32,000 bases of DNA, from the NCBI GenBank assembly GCA_027031765.1, contig JALVPN010000144.1, positions 1 to 32,000 of the forward strand, written 5' to 3'. The DNA is from Promethearchaeota archaeon (GTDB lineage: Archaea > Asgardarchaeota > Thorarchaeia > Thorarchaeales > Thorarchaeaceae). How positions within the stretch are numbered: the stretch's first letter is position 1; every line of letters starts with the position of its first letter. The translations under genes were made by a program, and so were the position numbers. Shown one piece after another: positions 17,617 to 27,345 of the stretch. The notes below the pieces were generated by a model. It did not search any database and was not told the DNA's origin. It saw only the letters and a list, made by a program, of their open reading frames with translations.

Positions 17617-19389
17617 CTACTCCAGCACGGCCTTTATCCGGACAAGACCGGCACCTATCTTCTTCTGCTTGACTATACGGAACTTTCCAAGGACGCCTGT
17701 GCGCTCGACGTGGGGCCCACCACAGAGCTCCATGCTGAAGTCGCCCACCCGGTAGACAGACACCTCGTCACCATAACGCTCTTTGAAGAAGGCGAGAGCC
17801 CCTGCAGCAATGGCCTCATCATAGGGCATGAACAGGTGCTCCACTTCGAGGTCCTGCTCGATTACCTCGTTGACGAGACGCTCTACCTCCTGGATCTCCT
17901 CGGGAGTCAGTTTGCGTGGAAATGTGAAGTCGAAACGCAGGCGTTCCCGCGTAATGTTGCTGCCCATCTGGCGGACGCCTTCGCCTAGTACCTTTCGGAG
18001 TGCAGCCTGGAGGAGGTGGGTGGCTGTATGTAGCCTTGTAATCTCTTCGCTGTGGTCAGCAAGGCCACCCTTGAACTTGCCCTGTGTCGCAGTCCGGGAA
18101 ATCTCCCGGTGGTGTTCAAACTGCCGCTGGAACTCTTCCATGTCGACAACAATCCCGCGCTCCTCTGCAATCTCCCGTGTCATCTCAGGGGGAAGACCGA
18201 AGCTTGTGAAGAGCAGGAACGCATCAGCGCCAGTGATGGTCCCAGTCTCGTTGAGGATCTTGTCCAGACGGCGGAGTGCCTTGTCCAGTGTGCGCCGGAA
18301 CTTCTTCTCCTCTTCGACCAAGTTCTTCATCACGGAGTCACGGTTGCGCCCGACCTCCTCATAGACATCCTTGTAGATGTCAATCACAATCTCAGCCAAG
18401 CCGGGCAGAAAGCCGGGCTGGATTCCCAGACGGTCGGCACTCAGGATTGATTTTCGCAACAGCCGGCGGACAATGTAGCCCTGCTCGACATTGGAGGGGG
18501 CAATGCGGCTGTCATCAGCCATTATCATGACCGCGGACTTTACGTGGTCAGCAATGATGCGGATGTTCGTGATGTCCTCATCGTCAAAGTCCGTCTTTGG
18601 AGAAACAGACTTGATGTGTTCTATGAGTGGGCGGAATACCTCCGTTTCGAAGACCGTGGGGGCACCCTGGAGCATTGCAGCTGTGCGTTCCACACCCATC
18701 CCGGTGTCGATGTTCTTGCGTTCCAGCCGCTCGTAGGTGCCGTCATCCTTCTTGTAGTACTCCATGAACACATCGTTCCACACCTCGAACCAGTGCCCAC
18801 ATGAGCAGCCCGGTTGACAGTCAGGGCCACACTTTGGGATGTTGTCCTGTTCTATGAACATCTCAGTGTCAGGACCACACGGGCCGGTCTTCCCAGCGGG
18901 CCCCCACCAGTTGTCCTTCTTTCCAAGGTAGAAGATGCGTTCTTCCGGGATGCCAAGCTCACGCCAGATCCTAGCCGACTCCTCGTCCCGGGGCGCGTCA
19001 TCATCGCCAGCAAAGACGGTCACAGCAAGTTTTGCAGGGTCGAAGCCGAGCCACTCCTCCGAGGTGAGGAACTCGTGGCTCCAGGTGATGGCCTCTTTCT
19101 TCCAGTAGTCGCCAAGGCTCCAGTTGCCAAGCATCTCGAAGAATGTGAGGTGCGACGCGTCACCCACCTCGTCGATATCTGTCGTGCGGATACACTTTTG
19201 GCAGCTGGCCAGACGCGTCCCCTGGGGATGCGGCTGCCCCAGCAGATATGGTACAAGTGGGTGCATGCCGGCTGTCGTGAAGAGTACTGTGGGGTCGTTC
19301 TCGGGGATTAGGGAGGCCGAAGGAATGATGGCATGTCCCTTCTGTTTGAAGAACTCAAGGTACTTCTTCCGGAGCTCAGCCACACGCAT
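17617..19389 (-). CDS. alaS: Alanyl-tRNA synthetase, short form without C-Ala domain
   Basis: DPTVLFTTAGMHPL, QKCIRT, HLTFFEMLGNWSLGDY and IDTGMGVER; editing domain HTATH and ELCGGPHV. Ends at 590 aa. Confidence 0.96.
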   Translation of the reverse strand: MRVAELRKKYLEFFKQKGHAIIPSASLIPENDPTVLFTTAGMHPLVPYLLGQPHPQGTRLASCQKCIRTTDIDEVGDASHLTFFEMLGNWSLGDYWKKEAITWSHEFLTSEEWLGFDPAKLAVTVFAGDDDAPRDEESARIWRELGIPEERIFYLGKKDNWWGPAGKTGPCGPDTEMFIEQDNIPKCGPDCQPGCSCGHWFEVWNDVFMEYYKKDDGTYERLERKNIDTGMGVERTAAMLQGAPTVFETEVFRPLIEHIKSVSPKTDFDDEDITNIRIIADHVKSAVMIMADDSRIAPSNVEQGYIVRRLLRKSILSADRLGIQPGFLPGLAEIVIDIYKDVYEEVGRNRDSVMKNLVEEEKKFRRTLDKALRRLDKILNETGTITGADAFLLFTSFGLPPEMTREIAEERGIVVDMEEFQRQFEHHREISRTATQGKFKGGLADHSEEITRLHTATHLLQAALRKVLGEGVRQMGSNITRERLRFDFTFPRKLTPEEIQEVERLVNEVIEQDLEVEHLFMPYDEAIAAGALAFFKERYGDEVSVYRVGDFSMELCGGPHVERTGVLGKFRIVKQKKIGAGLVRIKAVLE

Positions 19390-19448
19390 GGACTGTCACC
19401 AACCAGATCCACCAAGTATGCCGGACCAGTGACGCAATCTGCTCAGGC

Positions 19449-19463
19449 ATTTTAACGGTTTTG
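19449..19463 (-). promoter_or_regulatory. BRE-TATA promoter of alaS
   Basis: Minus strand CAAAACCG-TTAAAAT about 60 nt upstream of ATG 19389; GGTGA SD-like motif just before the start. Confidence 0.55.
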
Positions 19464-19468
19464 ATATC

Positions 19469-19960
19469 TCAAATGAGGATGAGACCGGAGGGAGTCATCC
19501 GGTAACGTCGCAGGCGCGAGGCAATCCAAGGGTAGGAGTCCAGCCAGTCGAGGAACCGGTCATTTGAAACGATGTCTGCATTGTGCTGCTGGGCCAGCTG
19601 GATGACAAAGAAGTCGTCATCACGACCTGCTGGTGCTTCTATCACCGTAGTGAGGCGGCTCAGCTCTCCAAGGTATGATGGGTCGGGGACATTGTGTTTC
19701 AGTGCAGCGGAAACCACAACAATTGGACGGAGGTGGGCGGATATCAGGCTCTTCAGTGCCAGCACGAGGTTCTTGGCATGTGGGCGCCCATCAGGGGACA
19801 GGTAATATGCAACATTGTTACCATCGACCACGACGGTCCTGCGCACTGTACGCGGCTGGTCGATGACCCGTTGTTTCGTACGGCACCGCTGGACATGTGC
19901 ATCTAACCGCGCACGGTCAAACAGACGATTACAGAACGGGCATCTCGCACGTCTTGGCAT
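19469..19960 (-). CDS. C2HC zinc finger + NYN/PIN (Zc3h12a/Regnase-like) ribonuclease
   Basis: N-terminal CPFCNRLFDRARLDAHVQRC (C-x2-C-x11-H-x3-C). Acidic PIN motifs VVVDGNNVAY, DDDFFVIQLA and IVSNDRF. Confidence 0.85.
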   Translation of the reverse strand: MPRRARCPFCNRLFDRARLDAHVQRCRTKQRVIDQPRTVRRTVVVDGNNVAYYLSPDGRPHAKNLVLALKSLISAHLRPIVVVSAALKHNVPDPSYLGELSRLTTVIEAPAGRDDDFFVIQLAQQHNADIVSNDRFLDWLDSYPWIASRLRRYRMTPSGLILI

Positions 19961-20378
19961 CCCGGTCAACACCAGCCAGTCTATCCCACACTCGTCCGAT
20001 ACACAGGGTCATGGATTGTCCTGACATGCTCCGTCCACAGGACTGCGCACAACAGACCCAAATTACTAATAGTCCTTTCGCACATATTATAGCTGGCGTC
20101 CGGTTTCCCACGTGTCCGTCCTCCCGGCGGCAACTGGTGGAATCGGGCGCCACTGCTGCCGCCTAGAGCATGTTGTTCGGAGCGGGGAAGCACAGGCATA
20201 ATGCCTTGCCAGAACGCATGACATGCCGACACAAGAGTGACTGGTCAGATGGGGGATTACAACCAACACCGGCTGTCAGTTTCTAGGGACAGCTGGCCAG
20301 TCCCATCAAAGACATCGCAACGTGGAGGTAACGAAACTCTTTAGACGGGGAGGACGCGCACCGCATCGGCACCGAGGA

Positions 20379-20687
20379 ATGAGACCCGTGCAGTACTGTG
20401 TGATGGTCAAGGGCCCATGCAGGGGACGGATGTGTGACTTCTGGGCCAGGGTCAGGATCCGCAAGACTCCTGTTGACGAGCTGGTCAAGGGACTGCTGTC
20501 AACAGTCGGTCAGACTGATGAGGTTGCAGGTGCCAGTCTCGAGGATGCAGTGACAAGGTACTGGCAGTCCCTGGGATTGAAGGACATGGTACGACTGCAA
20601 GAGGAGGACCCGGGACTGGGTGCAAAGATCAGTGAAGTGGAGCAGAGGGTTCGACAGGTGCTTAGTATGCAAGGGGCGAGTCCCTAG
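20379..20687 (+). CDS. Hypothetical protein with N-terminal Cys motif
   Basis: GAGGA precedes ATG 20379; C-x6-C-x4-C-x2-W followed by an amphipathic helical region; plausible codon usage. Confidence 0.6.
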   Translation: MRPVQYCVMVKGPCRGRMCDFWARVRIRKTPVDELVKGLLSTVGQTDEVAGASLEDAVTRYWQSLGLKDMVRLQEEDPGLGAKISEVEQRVRQVLSMQGASP

Positions 20688-22324
20688 CCTGGCATAGGCA
20701 CCATGTTCTCACGGTTCAGGAGCCACTTGGGGTCGAGGGCCTGCTTGACGGCCTGGATTTCCCGGATGCCCTCTTCACCATACATCAGCTGGAGGAACGG
20801 TCTCTTCAGTTTTCCAATCCCGTGCTCAGCGGCCACGGTACCCCCAAGTTGGACTGCCTTCTCAGCGAACACACGGTACAGCTCCATGCCCCTATGCACC
20901 TCGTCGGGGTCACGCGGGAGGATATTGACATGTAGGTGATTGTTCCCGATGTGCCCCCACACGACATGTTCTAGGCCCTCACGTTCCAGTGTTTCACGGT
21001 AGAAGTGGAGGTACTCCCATAGCGCTTCGTCAGGGACTGCCATGTCTGTCCCAATCTTGTGGACTTCGTGGTAGGTGCTCTTGCGTTTGGCGATTGTTGC
21101 ATTCACGGTCTCAGGGACGAGGTGACGGACTGCCCGCTGTAGCTCCTCGTCCTGGCTGTCCATTGCAGCCCAACTCATGTCGGAGGAACTATTGTGCGCG
21201 ACCAGGCACTCCTCCAGTGCCACGAGATAACTCTCCATGTCCTCTTCACTATAGGGGAACTCAAAGTACACAATGGCACGGGTCGTGTCACGGAGGACGG
21301 GGACTCTGATGCCTGCTGAAGGTGCGGTCTCCCGGATGAGATGCACGGCGTTGGGGCCAAGGTACTCTATTAGCTCTGGTCTGAGCGGGGTTGCGCCGCC
21401 ACGCAGGTCCTCGACAAAGCCGACCGCGTCCTCCTCGGATGGAAAGAAGGCCATTATGCTCATGGTGTTCTCGGGGACGGGTGCAACCCGTAGCTCCACA
21501 AGCGAGAACACACCCAAGATACCCTCGCAGCCCACGAACAGGTCAATAAGGTCCATGTCTGGCCGTGCAAACAGGCCCGCCGCGTTCTTGGTCTGTGGCA
21601 TCTGATATGTTGGGACACTGACCATCACCGAGCTCCCGTCACTCAGGACAACTTCGAACTTGCCGTCGTTTGCAGTCACCTGACCCCTTCGTATGTCAAG
21701 GACATCGCCGTTCATCAGTACGACCCGGACGCGTGTCACCCACCGACGCACCGCCCCATACCTGAAGGTGCGGGCTCCAGATGCATTGCAGGCAACTATG
21801 CCGCCCAAGAGTGCACTCGACTCCGTTGGGTCTACGGGGAAGGTGAACCGACGTGGGTCAGACTGGAAGCGTGTCCATGCACCGTCATGGCCGGGCACCT
21901 TGTCGGCCCCTGCAAACTCGATCTGTTTTGTCTTCACAGCATGTACAAAGTCCTCAAGGGACACCCCCGGCTCGGCGCCGACCAGATATGTGTCGTTGGC
22001 CTCGTCATACTGGATATACCGGTAGCGGGTCATCCGCTCAAGGTTGAGTGCTATACCCTCGAGGGGCACTGCACCACCGGTCAGACCAGTGCGGGCCCCC
22101 TGCACAGTTACGGGGACGCCACGTCTGTTCGCATCAGCCAAGACTGCTGATATCTCCGCTTCGGAGGTCGGAAAGACGATGGCCTCCGGGTTCCCATCAA
22201 ATGAGTGGCTCTCATCATCGAGGTACAGGGCATAGGTGTCGTGTATTTCGGACAGGTCGTTGATGACCCGCACCTGTGACAGTTCAACGGGTTCGGGTCT
22301 TGTAGCGACAATACGGTTTGACAT
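20684..22324 (-). CDS. FAD-binding oxidoreductase, GlcD/D-2-hydroxyacid dehydrogenase family
   Basis: GARTGLTGGAVP, VGAEPGV, FPVDPT...LGGIVACNASG, GCEGILGV, GHIGNNHLHVNIL and AEHGIGKLK. Confidence 0.9.
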   Translation of the reverse strand: MSNRIVATRPEPVELSQVRVINDLSEIHDTYALYLDDESHSFDGNPEAIVFPTSEAEISAVLADANRRGVPVTVQGARTGLTGGAVPLEGIALNLERMTRYRYIQYDEANDTYLVGAEPGVSLEDFVHAVKTKQIEFAGADKVPGHDGAWTRFQSDPRRFTFPVDPTESSALLGGIVACNASGARTFRYGAVRRWVTRVRVVLMNGDVLDIRRGQVTANDGKFEVVLSDGSSVMVSVPTYQMPQTKNAAGLFARPDMDLIDLFVGCEGILGVFSLVELRVAPVPENTMSIMAFFPSEEDAVGFVEDLRGGATPLRPELIEYLGPNAVHLIRETAPSAGIRVPVLRDTTRAIVYFEFPYSEEDMESYLVALEECLVAHNSSSDMSWAAMDSQDEELQRAVRHLVPETVNATIAKRKSTYHEVHKIGTDMAVPDEALWEYLHFYRETLEREGLEHVVWGHIGNNHLHVNILPRDPDEVHRGMELYRVFAEKAVQLGGTVAAEHGIGKLKRPFLQLMYGEEGIREIQAVKQALDPKWLLNRENMVPMPG

Positions 22325-22402
22325 GGGAGTTCACCATGAGTTGCCGGACAGCAGACACGCCGCTGGCCAGCCTTCAAGTCCAAACTCAGTACTACACCAC
22401 TA

Positions 22403-22420
22403 GAAAGATTTAGGGTTAAC
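22403..22420. promoter_or_regulatory. Candidate promoter in the divergent glcD-like / phosphoesterase intergenic region
   Basis: GAAAGATTTAGGGTTAAC is an AT-rich BRE/TATA-like patch between divergent starts. Confidence 0.3.
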
Positions 22421-22484
22421 CATAGCGCCACTTTCAACGCTCAACACCATATTCGGTCACTGGCCAACGGGAGAAACTTGGACG

Positions 22485-23387
22485 TTGAGAGTCGTAGCAG
22501 TCTCGGACATACACGCAAGACCGAGTGGAGCAGATGCACCACTACTCGATGCCATCCACGATGTTGTCGAAGAGATGTCACCTGATGTGTTTGTGATTGC
22601 AGGTGACCTCAGTGAGCGCATCGACCACCTGCGAGAAAACCTAGCCCGCCTCCGGATCCGAGGAGTCCAAGGCCTGTACGTGGCTGGGAACCACGATGTC
22701 TGGTTTGAGGAGGACACTGGTCTCGGGTCACTTGAGAAGTACTCTAGGGCTATTGGACAGGCATGCAGTGCTGCGGGCTTCATCCATTTGCCAGACCAGT
22801 CTGTCATAGACGACAGTATCGCGTTCGTTGGCAGTATGGGGTGGTATGACTACTCGTTCAGGAGGGAGGACATGGAGATCCCGCTGGAACAGTACGAGAC
22901 AAAACAGTGTGGGAATGCGGTCTGGCTGGACTACTACAACATTGACTGGACCTTCACCGACAGGGAAATCACAGGACTGTTCAACGAGAAGCTGCGGTAT
23001 GACCTCTCGATGCTGCCTAGAAGTGTTGAGCAGGTGGTATACGTGTCGCACCACCTGCCCTTCCGCGAGCTCACAGTCTACATGGACAGACTGCCTTGGG
23101 ACTTCTTCTCAGCATACATGGGGGCATCAAGTACAGGAGAGATACTGCTGGCAGACGGGCGCGTGGTGCTGACCATTTCGGGGCACAGCCACATCCGGCG
23201 CACCATCAACATTGATGGGATTACTGCTGTTTCTGTCCCGCTCGGATATGGTAGGCCTCCTCCAAACGGGGTCATGGATCTAGCGAAGAACGCCGTGGCA
23301 GAGATAGTAATCGGCGGGGATGGTGTGTGCCTACCATGGTTCGTCCAAGGGGACATCTGTGAGGGCCTGCCATACAAGTTCACCTGA
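22485..23387 (+). CDS. Calcineurin-like metallophosphoesterase
   Basis: SDIH, AGDL, GNHD, SHHLP and GHSH motifs; TTG start. Confidence 0.9.
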   Translation: MRVVAVSDIHARPSGADAPLLDAIHDVVEEMSPDVFVIAGDLSERIDHLRENLARLRIRGVQGLYVAGNHDVWFEEDTGLGSLEKYSRAIGQACSAAGFIHLPDQSVIDDSIAFVGSMGWYDYSFRREDMEIPLEQYETKQCGNAVWLDYYNIDWTFTDREITGLFNEKLRYDLSMLPRSVEQVVYVSHHLPFRELTVYMDRLPWDFFSAYMGASSTGEILLADGRVVLTISGHSHIRRTINIDGITAVSVPLGYGRPPPNGVMDLAKNAVAEIVIGGDGVCLPWFVQGDICEGLPYKFT

Positions 23388-23738
23388 CTCGTGCAGGGAA
23401 TGCAGGGACAGCGGACTGACGCAGTTGACAGTGGAGGTGCTGTTGTGACCACCACCGGGGCACGACCAGAAGTGCAGCTGCGTGGCCGGAGGAGTACGAG
23501 AGCGGGCAGTCAATGGACTGGAAGACAAGTAACAATTGACGGTATGCAGGAACGCATGGCAGCGCTGCCCACAGACGCACTGGTGATGTGACAACACATG
23601 TTGGCAGATAATGAGGGAGGACTGGGATGGAGCTACTAGGCAGGCGAAGGGCCAGAATACGGCAGATTAATCAGACGGGATAGAGGCCAGTTCCAGTACG
23701 TATTGTCCCATAAGACACACCCGTGGGTGCGACATCAA

Positions 23739-25070
23739 ATGGACTGGCTGGGCGGACTCGTACTGGCAATCTTTGTGATGACGTATGCAATCATCAGCAC
23801 AGAGAAGGTCAATCGGACGGCAATGTCGCTACTCGGGATGTCAGTCGTGGGTGTGGTACTCTGGGCCGCCTATACGTTGGGTCATCCGGACGGCCACCCG
23901 TTCCACGAACTGGTTTCTCATGTGGAGTGGAGCACAGTACTGTTCGTCACTGCAATGATGATAATTGTTGCAGTTGCCAGCGCCTCCGGGATGTTCCAGT
24001 ACATCGCCCTCAACCTGGCCAGGCCAAGCGGCGGGAATCACAGGAGTCTCTTCATAGTCTTCATCTGTTTCGTGTTCGGGATGTCGCTGTTCTTCGACAC
24101 AACATCGACCATGCTGATTATGGCACCGCTCACAATAGAGGTGTGCAAGGCACTCGATGTGGACTTCAGACCGTTCCTAGTATGCGAGTCTCTGACATGC
24201 AACTTTGCATCAATCCCCTCAATCGTTGGTGCGGTGCCAAACCTGGTCATTGCAGGCACGCTTGCAGAGAGCCCTGTGCAGACACCAATTGGAGTGTTCG
24301 CAGGGCAACTCTTCGTGGTGTTCCTCCCCCTCTCAATCATCCTGCTGGTCGTGACCCTGCCAATCATGCTCAAGTGGTATGAGAAGTCTTTCGGGACGAC
24401 GGAGGAACACATAGTGGATGCGGTCTTTGACATCGACCCGGCATACATGATCAAGTCACGTGGCGCATTCTATGCGTCTATCATTGCAATGGTAGCACTG
24501 ATCATGGGTTTTGGCATCGGACCGCTCTTTGGTTTCGAGCCCATAATGATTGCACTCATAGTAGCGGCGCTGATGCTCCTGCTGACCCACGAGAGAGTGA
24601 ACGAGTTCCTAGGGGCCGTGGGATGGGACACGGTCTTCTTCCTCGTGGGCCTGTTCGGACTAGTCGTGGCACTCGAGTTCACGCACCTGATTGAGGAACT
24701 CGGCGACGCGGTAGATGTGCTCATAGGGGACAACCAAGTCGCAGCTGTCATTTTCCTCACATGGATCCCTGCAATGCTCTCGGCTTTCCTCGACAACCTG
24801 CCGGTCTCTGCCGTGCTCGCGCCGATTGCGGCCGACTTCTCAACGGTCAGCCCGGTCATCCCGCTCGCACTCGTGTTTGCAGTGAACATTGGTGGATACC
24901 TGTTCACACCGCTCGGTTCACCCGCCAACATGGTGGCCATGGGGTTTGCTGAGAAGGAGGGACAGTACATCTCGTTCTCAGAGTTTGCCAAGATTGGCAC
25001 TGTGCTCGGGCTCATCCACCTTGCGATTGGGACGGGATGGCTCCTATTGATGCTGCTCATCTTCGGATGA
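23739..25070 (+). CDS. ArsB/NhaD (IT superfamily) anion permease
   Basis: EKVNRT...SLLG, VEWSTVLFVTAMM, FFDTTSTMLIM, IVGAVPNLVIA, VGWDTVFFLVGLF, SAFLDNLP, NIGGYLFTPLGSPAN; about 12 TM. Start ATG 23739 preferred. Confidence 0.9.
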   Translation: MDWLGGLVLAIFVMTYAIISTEKVNRTAMSLLGMSVVGVVLWAAYTLGHPDGHPFHELVSHVEWSTVLFVTAMMIIVAVASASGMFQYIALNLARPSGGNHRSLFIVFICFVFGMSLFFDTTSTMLIMAPLTIEVCKALDVDFRPFLVCESLTCNFASIPSIVGAVPNLVIAGTLAESPVQTPIGVFAGQLFVVFLPLSIILLVVTLPIMLKWYEKSFGTTEEHIVDAVFDIDPAYMIKSRGAFYASIIAMVALIMGFGIGPLFGFEPIMIALIVAALMLLLTHERVNEFLGAVGWDTVFFLVGLFGLVVALEFTHLIEELGDAVDVLIGDNQVAAVIFLTWIPAMLSAFLDNLPVSAVLAPIAADFSTVSPVIPLALVFAVNIGGYLFTPLGSPANMVAMGFAEKEGQYISFSEFAKIGTVLGLIHLAIGTGWLLLMLLIFG

Positions 25071-25074
25071 CGTG

Positions 25075-26331
25075 TCACGTCCCCTCAGCATACGAGCGAG
25101 CATACTTGACCTGCTCGTCGTTCAACTCATCAATCCCAATTCCCATGGTGTGTAGTTTTGCAAGTGCGGTCTCATGGTCGAGCTCTGTCGGGAAGTCGTA
25201 CACTGCGGGCTTGAGAGTACGGCCGTGCTCCTTCAACCATAGCATGGCGTTCAACTGGCCTGCGAAGCTCAGGTCCATCACCTCACTGGGATGGCCCTCG
25301 GCCGCGACAAGGTTCACCAGACGACCCTCGGCCAAGAGGTACAGTCTACGTCCGTCCTCTAGGAGGTACTCGTCAAGCGCGTGTCGCACCCGCCGTTTCT
25401 TGACGGTCATTGAGAGCAGGTCAGGCTCGTTTATCTCTACATTGTAGTGCCCGGCGTTGCCGAGGATGGCCCCGTCCTTCATGACCTCCATGTGCTCCCT
25501 TGTAATCACGTCCTTCATCCCTGTGACAGTGATGAACAAGTCACCCTCTGCTGCAGCCTCGATCATGGGCATCACACGGAACCCGTCCATCCTTGCCTGG
25601 AGGGCCCTCACAGGGTTGACCTCTGTGACAATCACATCGGCCCCAAGTCCTCTTGCACGCATTGCAAGGCCGCGACCACAGTACCCATAGCCACCGACCA
25701 CGACGGTCTTGCCAGCAATAAGGATGGCTGAGGCCCGGAATACCCCGTCGAATACGCTCTGCCCCGTCCCGTACACGTTATCGAACATGTGCTTGGTCGC
25801 AGCATCATTCACAGCCATTATCGGGTACTTCAGAGCACCGTCATCCGCCATGGCGCGGACACGGATGACACCCGTGGTCGTCTCTTCAGAGCCCCCATAG
25901 AGCGCAGGGATTAGCTCTTCATGCTTGCTGTGGAGCGTGAAAATCAGGTCTGCGCCGTCGTCAAGTGTCAGCGTTGGCCCAATCTTCAGCGCCTGCTCAA
26001 TGCACCAGTAGTACTCCTCAGTGCTCAGTCCGTGCCACGCGAATATCGATATGTCATTTGCTGCGAGCGCGGCAGCAACACTGTCATTGGTCGACAGGGG
26101 GTTACAACCACACCATGCCACATCGGCGCCGAGGTCGCGTAGGGTCTCGACCAGCACGGCAGTTTCCTTGGTGACGTGGAGGCAACCAGACACACGCATC
26201 CCCTTGAGGGGCGCATCTGTACGGTATTTCTCGCGCAGGTGCATCAGGACAGGCATGTGCCGTTCTGCATACTCAATCAGTAGTCGTCCCTCTTCAGCAA
26301 GTCCGATATCTCTGACCTTGTAGTCCGTCAT
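25075..26331 (-). CDS. ahcY: S-adenosylhomocysteine hydrolase (adenosylhomocysteinase)
   Basis: YKVRDIGLAEEG, GCLHVTKETAVL, CNPLST, DDGADL, EETTTG, VNDAATKHMFDNVYGTGQS, GYGYCGRG and GHPSEVMDLSF. True start ATG 26331 (418 aa). Confidence 0.97.
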   Translation of the reverse strand: MTDYKVRDIGLAEEGRLLIEYAERHMPVLMHLREKYRTDAPLKGMRVSGCLHVTKETAVLVETLRDLGADVAWCGCNPLSTNDSVAAALAANDISIFAWHGLSTEEYYWCIEQALKIGPTLTLDDGADLIFTLHSKHEELIPALYGGSEETTTGVIRVRAMADDGALKYPIMAVNDAATKHMFDNVYGTGQSVFDGVFRASAILIAGKTVVVGGYGYCGRGLAMRARGLGADVIVTEVNPVRALQARMDGFRVMPMIEAAAEGDLFITVTGMKDVITREHMEVMKDGAILGNAGHYNVEINEPDLLSMTVKKRRVRHALDEYLLEDGRRLYLLAEGRLVNLVAAEGHPSEVMDLSFAGQLNAMLWLKEHGRTLKPAVYDFPTELDHETALAKLHTMGIGIDELNDEQVKYARSYAEGT

Positions 26332-26409
26332 GGTAGCCAACCCCGCAACACGTAAGTATATGAATGATACATAGCACGGTGTAATGAAATGCCCAGATGG
26401 GGGCATCAT

Positions 26410-27345
26410 ATGTTGCACGACATTCCCACTACAGAGGCGCAGCTCCTGAGAGTGTTGCTCACGGACTCGCGGTGTGGGATACGACACATTGCAGATACAA
26501 TCGGCAAGAGCAGGAACTGGACAGCACATGCAATACGCCGGCTGGTGTCAGAAAGGGTTATCCGTTCCTACAGGATCATAGTTGACCCGTCACTAGTGTA
26601 TGTCGAACGGAACACAGTCCTGCGCATCAAGACCAACCCGCGAGAAGAGCAGTTGAGCCGGGCACTGTTGGAGATGCGCCAGCTTGAGTCGCTTGATGGG
26701 ATATCAGGCGAGCACTCGCTATTGGCCCTGTTCCGCTTCAGAAACGCCGGTGAGTTCTCAACGTTCTTAGACGACATAGACAGGACTGTGGCACAGACCC
26801 GGGCCCAGTCCTACGAGACCGTGCAGGTCCTCACCACCTACAAGAGCCACGGGTTTGTACTCCAGCCGCGAGATGCGGTGCCCCAACGGATCACAGACAT
26901 GGACTGGTCACTTCTACGGGTCATCACTGTCCAGAGGGCTGACCAAGAGCACCCGTTCCCGCTGACCCAAGAGCAGATTGGGTCTATGTTGGAGCCCCCA
27001 ATGAGCCAGCCGGGAGTGTCAAAACGGCTCAGACGGCTTGAGGACGCTGGGGTCATTGTGGGATACTCGGCGGACATAGACTTCAGCAGGGTCGGGCTGC
27101 CCATCAAGTTCTTCCTCCAGGTCAGGCCGCGCCCGGGGACTGTGTCAAGCACTGCGAGGTATGTGAGCACACTGCCAGAAGTGTGGGATCTGTATCGGAC
27201 AGGAGAGGACTTCAGTCTGTTTGCAACCGTACGCACGGCCAGCATATCAGAGTACAACGCATTTCTACGTAGACTCTACCAGCACCCAGATGTCATTGAC
27301 ACACGCTCTCAGGTTTCGCTTGAGGAGTGGGATGTCGCGGTGTGA
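26410..27345 (+). CDS. Tandem (duplicated) Lrp/AsnC-family regulator
   Basis: Two HTH+RAM units: LLTDSRCGIRHIADTIG...IRSYRIIVDP...ISGEHSLL, and SKRLRRLEDAGVIVGYSADID...LYRTGEDFSLFATV. Confidence 0.85.
   Translation: MLHDIPTTEAQLLRVLLTDSRCGIRHIADTIGKSRNWTAHAIRRLVSERVIRSYRIIVDPSLVYVERNTVLRIKTNPREEQLSRALLEMRQLESLDGISGEHSLLALFRFRNAGEFSTFLDDIDRTVAQTRAQSYETVQVLTTYKSHGFVLQPRDAVPQRITDMDWSLLRVITVQRADQEHPFPLTQEQIGSMLEPPMSQPGVSKRLRRLEDAGVIVGYSADIDFSRVGLPIKFFLQVRPRPGTVSSTARYVSTLPEVWDLYRTGEDFSLFATVRTASISEYNAFLRRLYQHPDVIDTRSQVSLEEWDVAV

Noticed and set aside
23391-23591. 66-aa plus-strand ORF between the phosphoesterase and the permease
   Set aside because: No recognisable motif or SD, and composition is low-information. 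Treated as probable non-coding sequence.
26332-26529. 66-aa N-terminal extension of ahcY in the ORF track
   Set aside because: It overlaps the divergent Lrp gene and promoter; AhcY homology starts at Met 26331.
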